Assembly (NCBI GenBank): GCA_039801725.1
Contig: JBDRVE010000003.1
Location: 9,418 to 73,417, forward strand
Direction: 5' to 3'
DNA from: a candidate division WOR-3 bacterium
GTDB lineage: Bacteria > Hydrothermota > Tepidihabitantia > Tepidihabitantales > DTDR01
DNA length: 64,000 nucleotides
A model generated the notes under the pieces. It was not told where the DNA came from. It ran no database searches and saw only the letters and a list, made by a program, of their open reading frames with translations. A program made the translations under genes and the position numbers. Positions 45,809 to 55,998 of this stretch are shown here, piece after piece. The number at the start of each line of letters is the position of its first letter. The first letter of the stretch is position 1.

Positions 45809-47546
45809 CCGCAGTTATTTTCTTAGTTATTTCTTTTAGAAATTTGATAAGTTTATTATAATCCCAAGTATTTATCACATCTTCTTTTTCTAACCAAGCT
45901 CTGCGAGCGATGCCGACACCGAATCGCATCCATCCTAAATCTCTAACTGCGTGAGCATCGGTATTTATAGCAATTTTTATTCCAAGAGATTTAGCCTTTC
46001 TCAAATGCAATTCATCCAAATCTAATCTATCGGGATAGGCATTAAGTTCTAACACTTTATTATATTTTTGGGCATATTCTAAGACTTTTTCAATGTCGAC
46101 TTCATATCCTTCTCTCTTAGAAATTAATCTTCCTTGAGGATGGGCAATGATATGAACATAAGGATTTTTAATTGCTTCAATTAATCTTTCAGTAACTTTC
46201 TTTTTAAATCCTTGATGGACAGCGGCGACAACCACATCACATTCTTTTAATATTTCATCAGAAAAGTCCAAGCCACCGTCGGGTAAAATATCCACTTCTA
46301 TTCCCTTTAAAATTTTTATGTCTTTATATTTTTTAGAAAGTTTATCTATCTCTTCCCATTGTTTTTTTAATCTTTCTTCATCTAAACCATGGGCATATTT
46401 AGCAAATTTAGAATGATCGGTTATTGCGATATATTGATAGCCAATTTTTCGACAAGCATTAATCATTGTCTCTAAATCGTCTAAACCATCAGAGTAAGTC
46501 GTATGTATTTGAAAGTCGCCTTTGATATCTTTTAACTCAATTAATTTGGGCAATTCTCCCTTTTGGGCGGCTTCAATTTCACCTCGGTCTTCTCTTAATT
46601 CCGGTGGAATCCAAACTAGTCCAATAGCTTTGTATACCTCTTCTTCAGTTCTACCAGCAATCATTTTATCACCTTTAAAAACACCGTACTCTGAGATTTT
46701 TAACCCCTTATCTTTGGCAAGACTTCTTAGTTTAATATTGTGAGCTTTTGAACCAGTAAAATATTGGAGAGCCGCACCATAAGACTCTTCCGGAACAATT
46801 CTGATGTCTACTTGTCTTGCCTCTTTTCCTTCACCAATCATTACCGAAGCTTTTGTTTCTCCAGCAGCAAGAATTCGTGAAACTTTTGGATATCTAGTAA
46901 AATATTCAATTATTTCTTGTCTATCTTTATCATCACAAGTAACAAGAATATCAATATCGCCAATCGTTTCTTTCCATCTTCTTAGAGAACCAGAGGGGCA
47001 AACTTCTTTTACTTTCTTGTTTTTCTTTAAATAATCAACTACTTCTTCGGCAATATTAAGGGCAACATCAATTGGTATTCTTGCTTGCGATTGTTCGTAG
47101 AGTTCGATTCCTTTTTTAATATTTTCAACCTTTTTTTCACCCATTCTAAATAATTTTGCCAAAGAGCCGTTTTCAATTACCCTTTTTAAATCTTCTAAAT
47201 TTTTTACACCAAGTTCTTTGTGTGCTAAAGCCAATGTTTTTGGACCAAGATTTTGGATTGATAGAAGTTCTAACAGCCCTTCAGGAATTCCTTCCAAGGC
47301 TTCTTCATATTTTTTCATTTTACCAGTTTCTAAATATTCTTTAATCTTTTTTTCAATTCCTTCACCGATTCCTGGAATAGAACGTAATTTTCCTTTTTTA
47401 TAAAGTTCTTCAATATCTTCTGTTAATTCTTCTAATGCTCTTGCTGCTTTTCGGTAGGCAATAACTTTATATTGTAGTTCTCCTTTATATTCTAAAGCAT
47501 CGGCAATCGTATTAAAAATTTTGGCTAACTCCTTATTTTTGTTCAT
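45798..47546 (-). CDS. polX: DNA polymerase X family protein with C-terminal PHP domain
   Basis: 582 aa. HhH motifs (IPGIGEGIEKKI), PolX palm (GSLRRWKETIGDIDILV) and PHP (HTTYSDG, AITDH, NTDAH). Confidence 0.9.
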   Translation of the reverse strand: MNKNKELAKIFNTIADALEYKGELQYKVIAYRKAARALEELTEDIEELYKKGKLRSIPGIGEGIEKKIKEYLETGKMKKYEEALEGIPEGLLELLSIQNLGPKTLALAHKELGVKNLEDLKRVIENGSLAKLFRMGEKKVENIKKGIELYEQSQARIPIDVALNIAEEVVDYLKKNKKVKEVCPSGSLRRWKETIGDIDILVTCDDKDRQEIIEYFTRYPKVSRILAAGETKASVMIGEGKEARQVDIRIVPEESYGAALQYFTGSKAHNIKLRSLAKDKGLKISEYGVFKGDKMIAGRTEEEVYKAIGLVWIPPELREDRGEIEAAQKGELPKLIELKDIKGDFQIHTTYSDGLDDLETMINACRKIGYQYIAITDHSKFAKYAHGLDEERLKKQWEEIDKLSKKYKDIKILKGIEVDILPDGGLDFSDEILKECDVVVAAVHQGFKKKVTERLIEAIKNPYVHIIAHPQGRLISKREGYEVDIEKVLEYAQKYNKVLELNAYPDRLDLDELHLRKAKSLGIKIAINTDAHAVRDLGWMRFGVGIARRAWLEKEDVINTWDYNKLIKFLKEITKKITADVI

Positions 47547-47757
47547 AACATTCCCAATTATTATTAGGCAATCTAATTATTTTATAATACTTTTGATTAC
47601 AAAAACATAGAAAAATAATCTTTCTTTCGCGGGTTTTAAAATCTTCAACAATTTCTTTATAGAGAATCTTTTCAATTAAATACTCTTTACCATCCATCAA
47701 AATCGCACGTGGTCTTTCTTCTCCTTTATAACCTGAATAGATTTTTACTTCATACAT
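47533..47757 (-). CDS. small hypothetical protein
   Basis: 74 aa. Coupled on both sides, with a TAATG overlap with the upstream gene and a 14-nt overlap with polX. No recognisable motif. Confidence 0.4.
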   Translation of the reverse strand: MYEVKIYSGYKGEERPRAILMDGKEYLIEKILYKEIVEDFKTRERKIIFLCFCNQKYYKIIRLPNNNWECYEQK

Positions 47758-49826
47758 TACCGAAGGATAATGATCTTTTTGACAGCTTTTTTGTTTCGGG
47801 GAATGATAAAATAAATACCTGTTCTTATTTTCTCTTTATTCAATTTTTCTCCTAATGAATTAAAAATTGAATAGTCTTTTTCTGAATAAATTAAATCTTT
47901 TTTAAAATAAATTGTTTTAATATTTTCTTGAAAAACTGCTTCAAATTTATTTTCTTCAATCCCAATGGCTCTTTCCCGATAAGAATAGAACAAATTGGTT
48001 TTATTACCTAAAATAAAGAAGAAAGTTTGGAAATCAGGTACATAAACCATTGAACTTCCTTTTGTTTTGTTTATTGGCAATGAATCAATAAGATACCAAC
48101 TATCTCCTTGGGTATACTGCCAGAATTGAGCTGTTCCTCCTTTGAGACAATAAATTTTACCATCTTTATAAGTCAAAGAAGTTCCATTTTTTGGTTTTTT
48201 CTTCTTTTTACTATTAGAAGGTGCTTCGGGAAGAGAAGATAATTGAGTGAAAGAATCAGTAAAAATATTATATTTATAAAAATCACCATATTTGCCCTTT
48301 AAAATATAAATATTATATCTACCATCATAGGCTAAACAACTTCCTTCGTCCATTGGTTTACCGCTTGGATTTATTGGAATATCTTTTCTTTTTATCCAAG
48401 TATCTCGTTCAATGTGATAAGAATATAAATTATTAGTTTTTGAACCATAAAGCAAATAGATAAAACTAGAATCTAATTTTTTTACATAAATCATATCACA
48501 ACCGCTTTTCAATTTTGTTTCTTTTCCGGAAGGATATTTGAAGCCGTAAGGAATATCTTTTCTTCTTTCCCATTTTCTTTGAGAAATATTGTATCGCCAG
48601 AATTCTAAAGTATTGCCACCTTTGATGAGATAGATATAATTGGAATTATCACTTGCTAAAGCACATCCTTTTTTTATTCTTTTTTTCTTTTCTCCACCAG
48701 GAACAGTTTCTAATTTTTGCCAATTATCACTTAAAATATCGTAAAGAATAAAATTATTAGTGTTGCTACCAGTTATTGCGTAGATAAATCTCGGAGGCAA
48801 GTAGGTCATATCACTGCCGTCTTTTACAGGTTTATCAGCAATTAAATCTTTTCTTTTTTTCCATCCTGGCTCGGGAAGGCTATAAGTAAAAATTGTGTCA
48901 TAATAGACAATTACTGGATTATGTTCATTTGTTATAAGCGAACAGATTACTGGATGAACACCAGGAGTTAAAGTAATATTTTCCAAAATCACCGTATCAT
49001 AAATAGGATGGTAAATAGTAGAAGATAGGTGCCCACTTCGGCGGAAAGTATTCTCACCAATTTTAATTACTAAAATATAATCCCGAGAAAAGAAAGAATC
49101 GTTTCTGGTAATAACTTTTAAATTAAAAGGCACCTCGGCAAAAATTGTTTCCGGTGTAATTTTTTCAATATAAAAATAATAAGGAGTAAAAGTATCAATA
49201 AGATGGATAGTATCTCGGATTTTATTAGAAATCGTCCAAATATAAGGTCCAAAATAAGTAGTATCCCAAATAGTAGTGAAAGTCTGGTATTTCAAAAAAT
49301 CTCCTTCTCTTCGCCAAACTTTCACTACCAAAGTATCATAAGGCTGAACTTCTAAGGGGTTTAAATTTAAGGCATAATAGTTCCAAAGATTACCTTGTTG
49401 AGAAGTTAGTTGGCAAGAATCGATTATAAACTTATTATTTCTTTTTAAATAAGCTTTCATATAAGCAATTGGCGATAATGGTTCATAGGGCAAAATATGA
49501 GCAACAACAAAAGTTACGGCATTTGGATAAATATCAAATATTAAATTAGATTCAGTTTTTCTAAAATTTTTAATTCGAAAACTTAAAGTTTCTTGAAAAC
49601 GGGAGAATATTCCAATTGTTTCTCCAAGAACATCAGCAAAGAATTGATAACGAGCAAATCCGTTTCCTAGTCGAAAAATTTCGGCATAGATAGTATCCGA
49701 AGTGTTTTGAGTATATACTTTAATTGTTTCAATTTCTATTTCCGGTTCAATCCGCACAAAACCAATCATTAATTGGGAAAAAGCAAAAGAGAAAAAAGTT
49801 AAAAAAAATACTAAAATTTTTATCAT
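47757..49826 (-). CDS. secreted Kelch-like beta-propeller protein with T9SS-type C-terminal domain
   Basis: Signal peptide. At least four blade-like repeats (YIYLIKGGNTLEFWRYNISQRKWERRKDIP, FIYLLYGSKTNNLYSYHIERDTWIKRKDIP, NIYILKGKYGDFYKYNIFTDSFTQLSSLP, KIYCLKGGTAQFWQYTQGDSWYLIDSLP). C-terminus ...IFNSLGEKL...GIYFIIPRNKKAVKKIIILR. Confidence 0.55.
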   Translation of the reverse strand: MIKILVFFLTFFSFAFSQLMIGFVRIEPEIEIETIKVYTQNTSDTIYAEIFRLGNGFARYQFFADVLGETIGIFSRFQETLSFRIKNFRKTESNLIFDIYPNAVTFVVAHILPYEPLSPIAYMKAYLKRNNKFIIDSCQLTSQQGNLWNYYALNLNPLEVQPYDTLVVKVWRREGDFLKYQTFTTIWDTTYFGPYIWTISNKIRDTIHLIDTFTPYYFYIEKITPETIFAEVPFNLKVITRNDSFFSRDYILVIKIGENTFRRSGHLSSTIYHPIYDTVILENITLTPGVHPVICSLITNEHNPVIVYYDTIFTYSLPEPGWKKRKDLIADKPVKDGSDMTYLPPRFIYAITGSNTNNFILYDILSDNWQKLETVPGGEKKKRIKKGCALASDNSNYIYLIKGGNTLEFWRYNISQRKWERRKDIPYGFKYPSGKETKLKSGCDMIYVKKLDSSFIYLLYGSKTNNLYSYHIERDTWIKRKDIPINPSGKPMDEGSCLAYDGRYNIYILKGKYGDFYKYNIFTDSFTQLSSLPEAPSNSKKKKKPKNGTSLTYKDGKIYCLKGGTAQFWQYTQGDSWYLIDSLPINKTKGSSMVYVPDFQTFFFILGNKTNLFYSYRERAIGIEENKFEAVFQENIKTIYFKKDLIYSEKDYSIFNSLGEKLNKEKIRTGIYFIIPRNKKAVKKIIILR

Positions 49827-49832
49827 CTTAAA

Positions 49833-49861
49833 ATTATGATAAAAATTTTTTGAAAAGTCAA
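49833..49861 (-). promoter_or_regulatory. sigma70-type promoter of the Kelch-cargo / polX / purM / UDG-like operon
   Basis: Minus strand TTGACT (49861-49856), N17, CATAAT (49838-49833), then 6 nt to the ATG at 49826. Confidence 0.5.
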
Positions 49862-49886
49862 TATTTAGAGATTTGTCAGGTTTATT

Positions 49887-51002
49887 TTACTTTATTAAAT
49901 ATTGATAAACTCGATATTTCTTATAAAGTTTTACTCCCCAAGTTTCAATTGGTCTAATTATTTCAATATTATCTTCTAAAATCCAGGATACCTCTCCCCA
50001 TTCATAACCCAGTTGCTTGCCTCCCAAGAAAGTTTCGTAATAAAGCAAAGCATCAACGCCAGTTTTCCTAAATTTCTTTTTTACTCCTAACGCCCATAGT
50101 CGAGCACTTTTAATTTTTCTTTGATAATATAAAAATTTAAAAATCCCAAAAGGAAAAAGTTTGCCTTTTAAATGAATTAAAACTTCGTTATAATTGGGTA
50201 GGGCAATACTTATTCCGGCTGGTTCTCCATCTACTTCCACAATAGGAATTATTTCGCTTTTGGCAATCGGTTTCAATTTTTTCCCTAAATAATTAATCTC
50301 TTCATCCGTTAAAGGAGTGAAATCCCAATTTTCTTGCCAAGCATCATTATAAACTTCTTTTATTTTTTTTAATTCAATATCTAATCTTTTTAAATTTACT
50401 TTTCTTACAATAAACCTTTCTTTCTTTTTTAACTTTTCAATAAGATTAGCAATTTTTTGGGGAACAAATTGGTCTAAATTAATATAGTAAGCATATAAAT
50501 CTTTTGCTTTTACCATTCCGTATCTTTCAGCAAATTCCAAATAATAAGGAGGGTTATAGGACATTTTAATTACCGGAGGAGTATCAAAACCTTCGTAAAG
50601 AAAAGCACATTCATCATTTAAAGCCGGATTAGCCGGCCCAACCATTGTTTCCATCCCTTTTGATTTTAACCATTCTTTAGCAGTATCAAATAAGGCACAA
50701 GCAACATCAAAATTATTAATTACTTCAAAAAATCCAAAGAAGCCAATGTTTTTTTTATGATGATTTACATAATTATAATCGATGATGCCGGCAATTCTTC
50801 CGACTACTTCATTTTTTAAATAGGCTAAAAAAAGTTCAATATCCGCGTGGGTAAAATAAGGATTTTTTTCTTTGGAGACCGTTTCTTTCACATCACTAAT
50901 TAATGGTGGAACAAAATTTTTATCATTTTTATAAATTTTAAAAGGTAGTTTAACAAATAAATCTAGCTCCCTTTTATTTTTAACCTTTTCAACTTTTATC
51001 AT
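49887..51002 (-). CDS. GNAT-fold / FemAB-like acyltransferase family protein
   Basis: 371 aa. The two-lobed acyltransferase-like layout and the GVKKKFRKTGVDALLY segment resemble a GNAT acyl-CoA-binding motif. The exact family was not determined. Confidence 0.5.
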   Translation of the reverse strand: MIKVEKVKNKRELDLFVKLPFKIYKNDKNFVPPLISDVKETVSKEKNPYFTHADIELFLAYLKNEVVGRIAGIIDYNYVNHHKKNIGFFGFFEVINNFDVACALFDTAKEWLKSKGMETMVGPANPALNDECAFLYEGFDTPPVIKMSYNPPYYLEFAERYGMVKAKDLYAYYINLDQFVPQKIANLIEKLKKKERFIVRKVNLKRLDIELKKIKEVYNDAWQENWDFTPLTDEEINYLGKKLKPIAKSEIIPIVEVDGEPAGISIALPNYNEVLIHLKGKLFPFGIFKFLYYQRKIKSARLWALGVKKKFRKTGVDALLYYETFLGGKQLGYEWGEVSWILEDNIEIIRPIETWGVKLYKKYRVYQYLIK

Positions 51003-51010
51003 TACCTCTC

Positions 51011-52186
51011 CTACAACAGGGATCTTAATTTTTTAAACACTTCTAAGGCAAAGTCAATATCCTCTTCCTTATGGGTAGCCATATAACTTGTTCTAATTAA
51101 TGAACGATTAGGAGGAACTGCCGGAGGAATTACTGGATTGGTAAAAATTTTATTTTTAAAAAGATTCTGCCAAAATTTTAATGTTTTTATATCTTCCCCA
51201 ATAATTATTGGAATAATTGGAGTTACACTATTACCAGTGTCGTAGTCTAATTCCTTTAAACCTTTTCTCATTTTTTCAGTGATTTTCCATAAGTTTTTTC
51301 TTCTTTCAGGTTCAGTTTGTATGATTTCTAGTACTTTTAAAGCTGCTCCTAAAGAAGCCGGAGGTAGACTAGCAGAAAAAATTAGTGAGCGGGCATTATG
51401 ACGAATGTAGGTAATTACCTTTTTTTCACCAACTACAAAACCGCCGATGGTTGCAAAGGATTTGGAAAAGGTACCCATAATTAAATCCACTTTATCCTCT
51501 AATCCGAAGTGTTCTGCAGTGCCACGTCCATTCTCTCCTAATACACCAACCGCGTGGGCTTCATCTAAAAGGACACGGGCGCCGTATTTTTCTTTCAATC
51601 TGATAATTTCTGGCAAATCGCATAAATCTCCTTCCATACTAAAAACTCCATCAACAACAATAAGTTTGCCCGAGTTTTTAGGAAGAGATTTTAAAATTCT
51701 TTCCAAACTTGCCATATTATTATGGGGAAACCTCTTTACATTTCCAAAGGATAATTTACAGCCATCAATAATAGAAGCGTGGTCAAGTTTATCGGTAATT
51801 ACGTAATCATTTTTACCTACTAAAGAAGAAATGATTCCTAAGTTAGTTTGATAACCGGTAGAAAAAACAATACAGTCATCTTTCTTAAAAAATTTTGCTA
51901 ACTTTTCTTCCAATTCTAAATGTAAATCTAAAGTACCGTTAAGGAATCGGGAGCCGGTGCAACCTGTGCCGTATTTTTTAACAGCCTCAATAGCTGCCTC
52001 TTTCACTCTCGGATCATTGGTTAATCCTAAATAGTTATTAGAACCTAACATTAAATACTTTTCTCCCTTAATTGTTACCCAATTGCTCGCTTCGGATTCA
52101 ATAGGTTTAAAATAAGGATAATATCCGCGATTAATCGCTTCTTCTACTTTTTTATAATAAGTTTCACATTTATCAAATAGATCCAT
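51011..52186 (-). CDS. PLP-dependent alpha-oxoamine synthase (BioF / Kbl / serine palmitoyltransferase family)
   Basis: 391 aa. Motifs GSNNYLGL, DEAHAVGVLG and MGTFSKSFATIGG (PLP lysine). Substrate cannot be called from sequence alone. Confidence 0.85.
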   Translation of the reverse strand: MDLFDKCETYYKKVEEAINRGYYPYFKPIESEASNWVTIKGEKYLMLGSNNYLGLTNDPRVKEAAIEAVKKYGTGCTGSRFLNGTLDLHLELEEKLAKFFKKDDCIVFSTGYQTNLGIISSLVGKNDYVITDKLDHASIIDGCKLSFGNVKRFPHNNMASLERILKSLPKNSGKLIVVDGVFSMEGDLCDLPEIIRLKEKYGARVLLDEAHAVGVLGENGRGTAEHFGLEDKVDLIMGTFSKSFATIGGFVVGEKKVITYIRHNARSLIFSASLPPASLGAALKVLEIIQTEPERRKNLWKITEKMRKGLKELDYDTGNSVTPIIPIIIGEDIKTLKFWQNLFKNKIFTNPVIPPAVPPNRSLIRTSYMATHKEEDIDFALEVFKKLRSLL

Positions 52187-52188
52187 AG

Positions 52189-53610
52189 TTAATAGGCTCG
52201 GGCATAATAAATTATTAATTTAGTTTTTTTGCCACAAGATATGCATTTGCCTTCTTTTTTTTCATCCAAAGGAATACAGCGGGGTGTTGTTTTTGTTTCT
52301 TCTTTTATTTTTTCTTCGCATTCTCTTTTACCACACCAAAATATTTTTGCCATTCCCTTCTTTTCTAATATTTCTTCTTTCATTTTTGTTAACTCGTCAT
52401 AGAAAAAGATTCTTTCTTTAAGAAAATTTTCTGCTTTTAAATAAAGATTTTTCTGAAGGTGATCTAAGATATTTTTTAAATTCTCTTTTAAATTTGACCA
52501 CTTTATATTTTCCCTAATTTGATAATCTCGGCTGACTATTCTCATCTCTTCTTTTTCTAATTCCTTTTGACCGATTTCTATCCGTAAAGGAACACCTTTT
52601 AATTCCCATTCGTTAAATTTCCAACCAGGAGTATATTCTTTTCGGTCATCAAAATAGACCCTAAAATCCTTTTTTAGTTCTTCTTTTAAGGCTTCACATT
52701 TTTTTAGGATTTTTTCGTCATCTTTACCATAAAGAATAGGAATAATGACAATTTGGATTGGGGCAATGTTAGGAGGTAGAATAAGACCATTATCATCGCC
52801 GTGGATCATAATGAGTGCTCCAATTAATCTTGTGGAAACACCCCAAGAAGAACCCCAAGGATATTTTTCTTTATTATCCCTATCCAAAAATTTGATATTA
52901 AAAGCTTTAGAAAAATTTTGTCCCAAATTATGGGTAGTTCCTGATTGCAAAGCCTGGCCATCGGGCATTAATGCTTCAATTGTGTAGGTTCTGATTGCTC
53001 CAGCAAATCTTTCTGAGGGGGGTTTAAGGCCAGAAATGACCGGTAAAGCGAGTTCTTCTCTTAAAAATTCAATATAAATATTTAAAATTAATTTTGCCTC
53101 TCTCTCGGCTTCTTCAAAGGTCTGATGTAAAGTGTGTCCTTCCTGCCAAAGGAATTCAGTGGTTCTTAAAAATAACCGAGTAGTTTTTTCCCAACGGACA
53201 ATATTACACCATTGATTGATTAAAATAGGTAAATCCCGATAAGATTTTACCCATTTAGCATACATACTACAAATTATCGCTTCCGATGTTGGTCTCACTG
53301 CTAATCTTTCTGATAAATCCTCTTCACCACCTTTTGTGACCCAAGCCACTTGAGGAGCAAATCCTTTCACATGTTCCGCTTCTTTTTTTAAAAAACTTTC
53401 TGGAATAAAAACAGGAAAATAAGCATTCTGGTGACCGGTTTCTTTAAATCTTTTATCCAAGGCCTTTTGAATATTTTCCCATAAACTGTAACCGTAAGGT
53501 CTTATTACCATACAACCTTTTATTGGTGCATAATCGGCTAATTCGGCTTTTAAAATTACCTGCGTATACCATTCGGAGAAGTTTTCGCTTTTCTTAACCA
53601 ATTCTTTCAT
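52189..53610 (-). CDS. proS: proline--tRNA ligase, archaeal/eukaryote-like type
   Basis: 473 aa with no INS editing domain. Class II motifs (RPTSE, FLRTTEFLWQEGHT). The C-terminal zinc-binding extension ends in Tyr (..IYYARAY), typical of this type. Confidence 0.92.
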   Translation of the reverse strand: MKELVKKSENFSEWYTQVILKAELADYAPIKGCMVIRPYGYSLWENIQKALDKRFKETGHQNAYFPVFIPESFLKKEAEHVKGFAPQVAWVTKGGEEDLSERLAVRPTSEAIICSMYAKWVKSYRDLPILINQWCNIVRWEKTTRLFLRTTEFLWQEGHTLHQTFEEAEREAKLILNIYIEFLREELALPVISGLKPPSERFAGAIRTYTIEALMPDGQALQSGTTHNLGQNFSKAFNIKFLDRDNKEKYPWGSSWGVSTRLIGALIMIHGDDNGLILPPNIAPIQIVIIPILYGKDDEKILKKCEALKEELKKDFRVYFDDRKEYTPGWKFNEWELKGVPLRIEIGQKELEKEEMRIVSRDYQIRENIKWSNLKENLKNILDHLQKNLYLKAENFLKERIFFYDELTKMKEEILEKKGMAKIFWCGKRECEEKIKEETKTTPRCIPLDEKKEGKCISCGKKTKLIIYYARAY

Positions 53611-53613
53611 ATT

Positions 53614-54375
53614 TTAAAAGATACGTAAAATTTTTAAATTGTCAATAAGAAGAAGAATAAAAAGAAAAAAGAGATAATAACTAAAGTAATAAAACCTTTT
53701 TTTAATTACTAAATATTTTAAAAAGTAGAGGGCGAAGAGCCCAAAAATAAAAGAAGAGAGAAATCCTAAGAAACAAGAAAGAGAAAGAAAAAGGGAAGGA
53801 TTCTTATAAAATTCCAAAACATTGGCACCAATAATTGTTGGCAGTCCTAAGAGAAAAGAGAAATAAAATCCTTCTTCTTTTCTTATTCCTAAGTACAGGG
53901 CACCAGCGATTGTTGAGCCCGAACGGGAAATTCCCGGAAAAATTCCCAAAATTTGGAAAATACCAATAATCAATGATTGAAAATAATTAATCGAAAAAAA
54001 CTTTTCTCTGGCATATTTGGTAAAATATATCAAAAAACCGCTTATTAAAAAGAAATAGGGGAGAGAATCAAAATTAGAAAAGGTTTTTTCAATAATATTT
54101 TTGAAAAACAAACCAATTAAAACAATAGGAATTAAGGCAATAATAATTTTTAATAAAAGAAAGTAATTTTTATTTTTGATCTCTCTTTTAATGAGAGAAA
54201 GAAGGAAAAAGATTAATGAAAGAGTTGTTCCCAAATGAAGACAAAGAAGGAGAGAAATATTGGGATTCAATTTTAAAATTCTTTGGAATATTAATAAATG
54301 ACCGGAACTAGAGATTGGCAAAAATTCCGTCACCCCCTGCAAGGCGCCTAAGAAAATTACTTTTAAAATTTCCAT
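53614..54375 (-). CDS. uppP: undecaprenyl-diphosphate phosphatase
   Basis: 253 aa polytopic membrane protein. Motifs GALQGVTEFLPISSSGHL and PGISRSGSTI. Confidence 0.85.
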   Translation of the reverse strand: MEILKVIFLGALQGVTEFLPISSSGHLLIFQRILKLNPNISLLLCLHLGTTLSLIFFLLSLIKREIKNKNYFLLLKIIIALIPIVLIGLFFKNIIEKTFSNFDSLPYFFLISGFLIYFTKYAREKFFSINYFQSLIIGIFQILGIFPGISRSGSTIAGALYLGIRKEEGFYFSFLLGLPTIIGANVLEFYKNPSLFLSLSCFLGFLSSFIFGLFALYFLKYLVIKKRFYYFSYYLFFLFILLLIDNLKILRIF

Positions 54376-55998
54376 TTAAAAATAATAAGTATAACCAAAA
54401 TAAATTCTTGCGTCAAAGAGATTTGCTTTGATTGGTAAAGCAAAGGTTAGATAAAAAATACCATTTTTTGTGAAGAATTCCGAGCCTAAACCGTAACTCG
54501 TTAAAGAAATCGGTTTTTTATTTTTCCCATATCCGTAATCAATAAAAAGATAAGGGAAAAAGAGATTTTTATATAGATATTTCAGGTGATTGCGAAACAC
54601 TAATAAAAAAGGAGAGAGATATTTATTTTCGGGAAAAGCCCGGACATTATTTTTTCCACTTATTGAAAATTTTTCGTAATCATAAATTGTATCCTTTAAG
54701 AAAATATTGCCTAAGAAAAATTCGGAATGGAGAAGAAAATTTTCTTTTAAAAAGGAGAAGAGAAATTCTAATTTCATTTCGGTTTTTAATTTTAGGTTAT
54801 TTGATCGGTTGGCAATTTTTCTTTCGCCGGCCAATGTTTTCAAGGAGAGATAAAATCCTCGCTGGTAATTACTAATTTTATTATTAAAAATTAATTCCTG
54901 ACCAATGGAAAAAGTTTGTGACGAGGGATAGGGTAATAAACGGGAGTTATTAAATTCCTTCTGAAAGATAAAATTTAGTGTGAACTCATCAATTTTTGTT
55001 GGCAAATAAAAGTTAAAATCTAAATTAAAAACAGAGTAAGCGGTATCAAAGTTTTTAAAATAAGTAGAAAATAAAATTTTTTTAAATACAAAAAGGTAAG
55101 GCTGTTGACAAGAAAAGAAATAAAAATTTTTATTCTGCTCTTTTTCTATTGCTAAATTAAATTCTTCTAAATTATTTAAAAAATTAAAAATTCTTAAACT
55201 TAAATTTAAGAAAAAAATTTTTTCATTAGGAAGATAAGAAAAAAGAAAGAAAAAATTGTTTTTCCTTGGATTAGAAAAGGAAAAGGTTAAAGAGTATTTT
55301 TTTTCCTCGTTGAGAATAAGAAAATAATTATCAATATCAAGATTAAGATTTCTTTTAATATTTTTTTTCATCTTTTCAATTAAACTTTTTTGGAAATAGA
55401 AGGGTTTAACAAATCTTGCTCCTTTTTTTAAAAGTCTCTCATTGAAAATAATTTCACCTTCCAAAGAAAGATTATCAATTTTTACCATTTCTCCTTCCTC
55501 AATAATTATTGTAAAATTTACTTTTTTCCCTTCTAACTCAAAATCTTTCAAATCAATCTTTACAAAAGGAAAACCAATTTCCCAATAAAAATCAGCAATC
55601 TTTTTAATAATTTTATTTAAATTATTTTGAGAATAATAATAATCTTTTTCTTTAATTAATTTCTCTAAAGTATCAGGTTTAATGAATTTAGATTGAATGT
55701 TAATTTTTCCCAGTTGATATCTTTCGTTCTCTTCAATAAAATAAAAGAGAGTTAAAAAGTTCTTCTCTTTTTTCATTGCGATATTTACTTTTACATCAAA
55801 AAAACCCTCTTTTAAGTAAAAGTCAATAATTTTTTTTCTAAGTTCAAAAATTTCTTCTTGGTTTTGAGGCAGTGAAAAAATGATTTTCGGTTTTATTTTT
55901 TTCCAACCTTTAATTTCTACTTTATTAATTTTTAATTCTTGAGAAAAAAGAGAGATAAAAAAGAGAAGAGTTATTTTTGGAAAAGATAGGCTCGCCAA
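54376..55998 (-). CDS. BamA/TamA-like outer membrane protein (POTRA plus beta-barrel)
   Basis: 540 aa. Signal peptide, POTRA-like N-terminus (INKVEIKGWKKIKPKII) and a beta-strand-patterned C-terminus ending in the OMP signature ..YFGYTYYF. Very low-complexity N/K/F composition. Confidence 0.5.
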   Translation of the reverse strand: MASLSFPKITLLFFISLFSQELKINKVEIKGWKKIKPKIIFSLPQNQEEIFELRKKIIDFYLKEGFFDVKVNIAMKKEKNFLTLFYFIEENERYQLGKINIQSKFIKPDTLEKLIKEKDYYYSQNNLNKIIKKIADFYWEIGFPFVKIDLKDFELEGKKVNFTIIIEEGEMVKIDNLSLEGEIIFNERLLKKGARFVKPFYFQKSLIEKMKKNIKRNLNLDIDNYFLILNEEKKYSLTFSFSNPRKNNFFFLFSYLPNEKIFFLNLSLRIFNFLNNLEEFNLAIEKEQNKNFYFFSCQQPYLFVFKKILFSTYFKNFDTAYSVFNLDFNFYLPTKIDEFTLNFIFQKEFNNSRLLPYPSSQTFSIGQELIFNNKISNYQRGFYLSLKTLAGERKIANRSNNLKLKTEMKLEFLFSFLKENFLLHSEFFLGNIFLKDTIYDYEKFSISGKNNVRAFPENKYLSPFLLVFRNHLKYLYKNLFFPYLFIDYGYGKNKKPISLTSYGLGSEFFTKNGIFYLTFALPIKANLFDARIYFGYTYYF

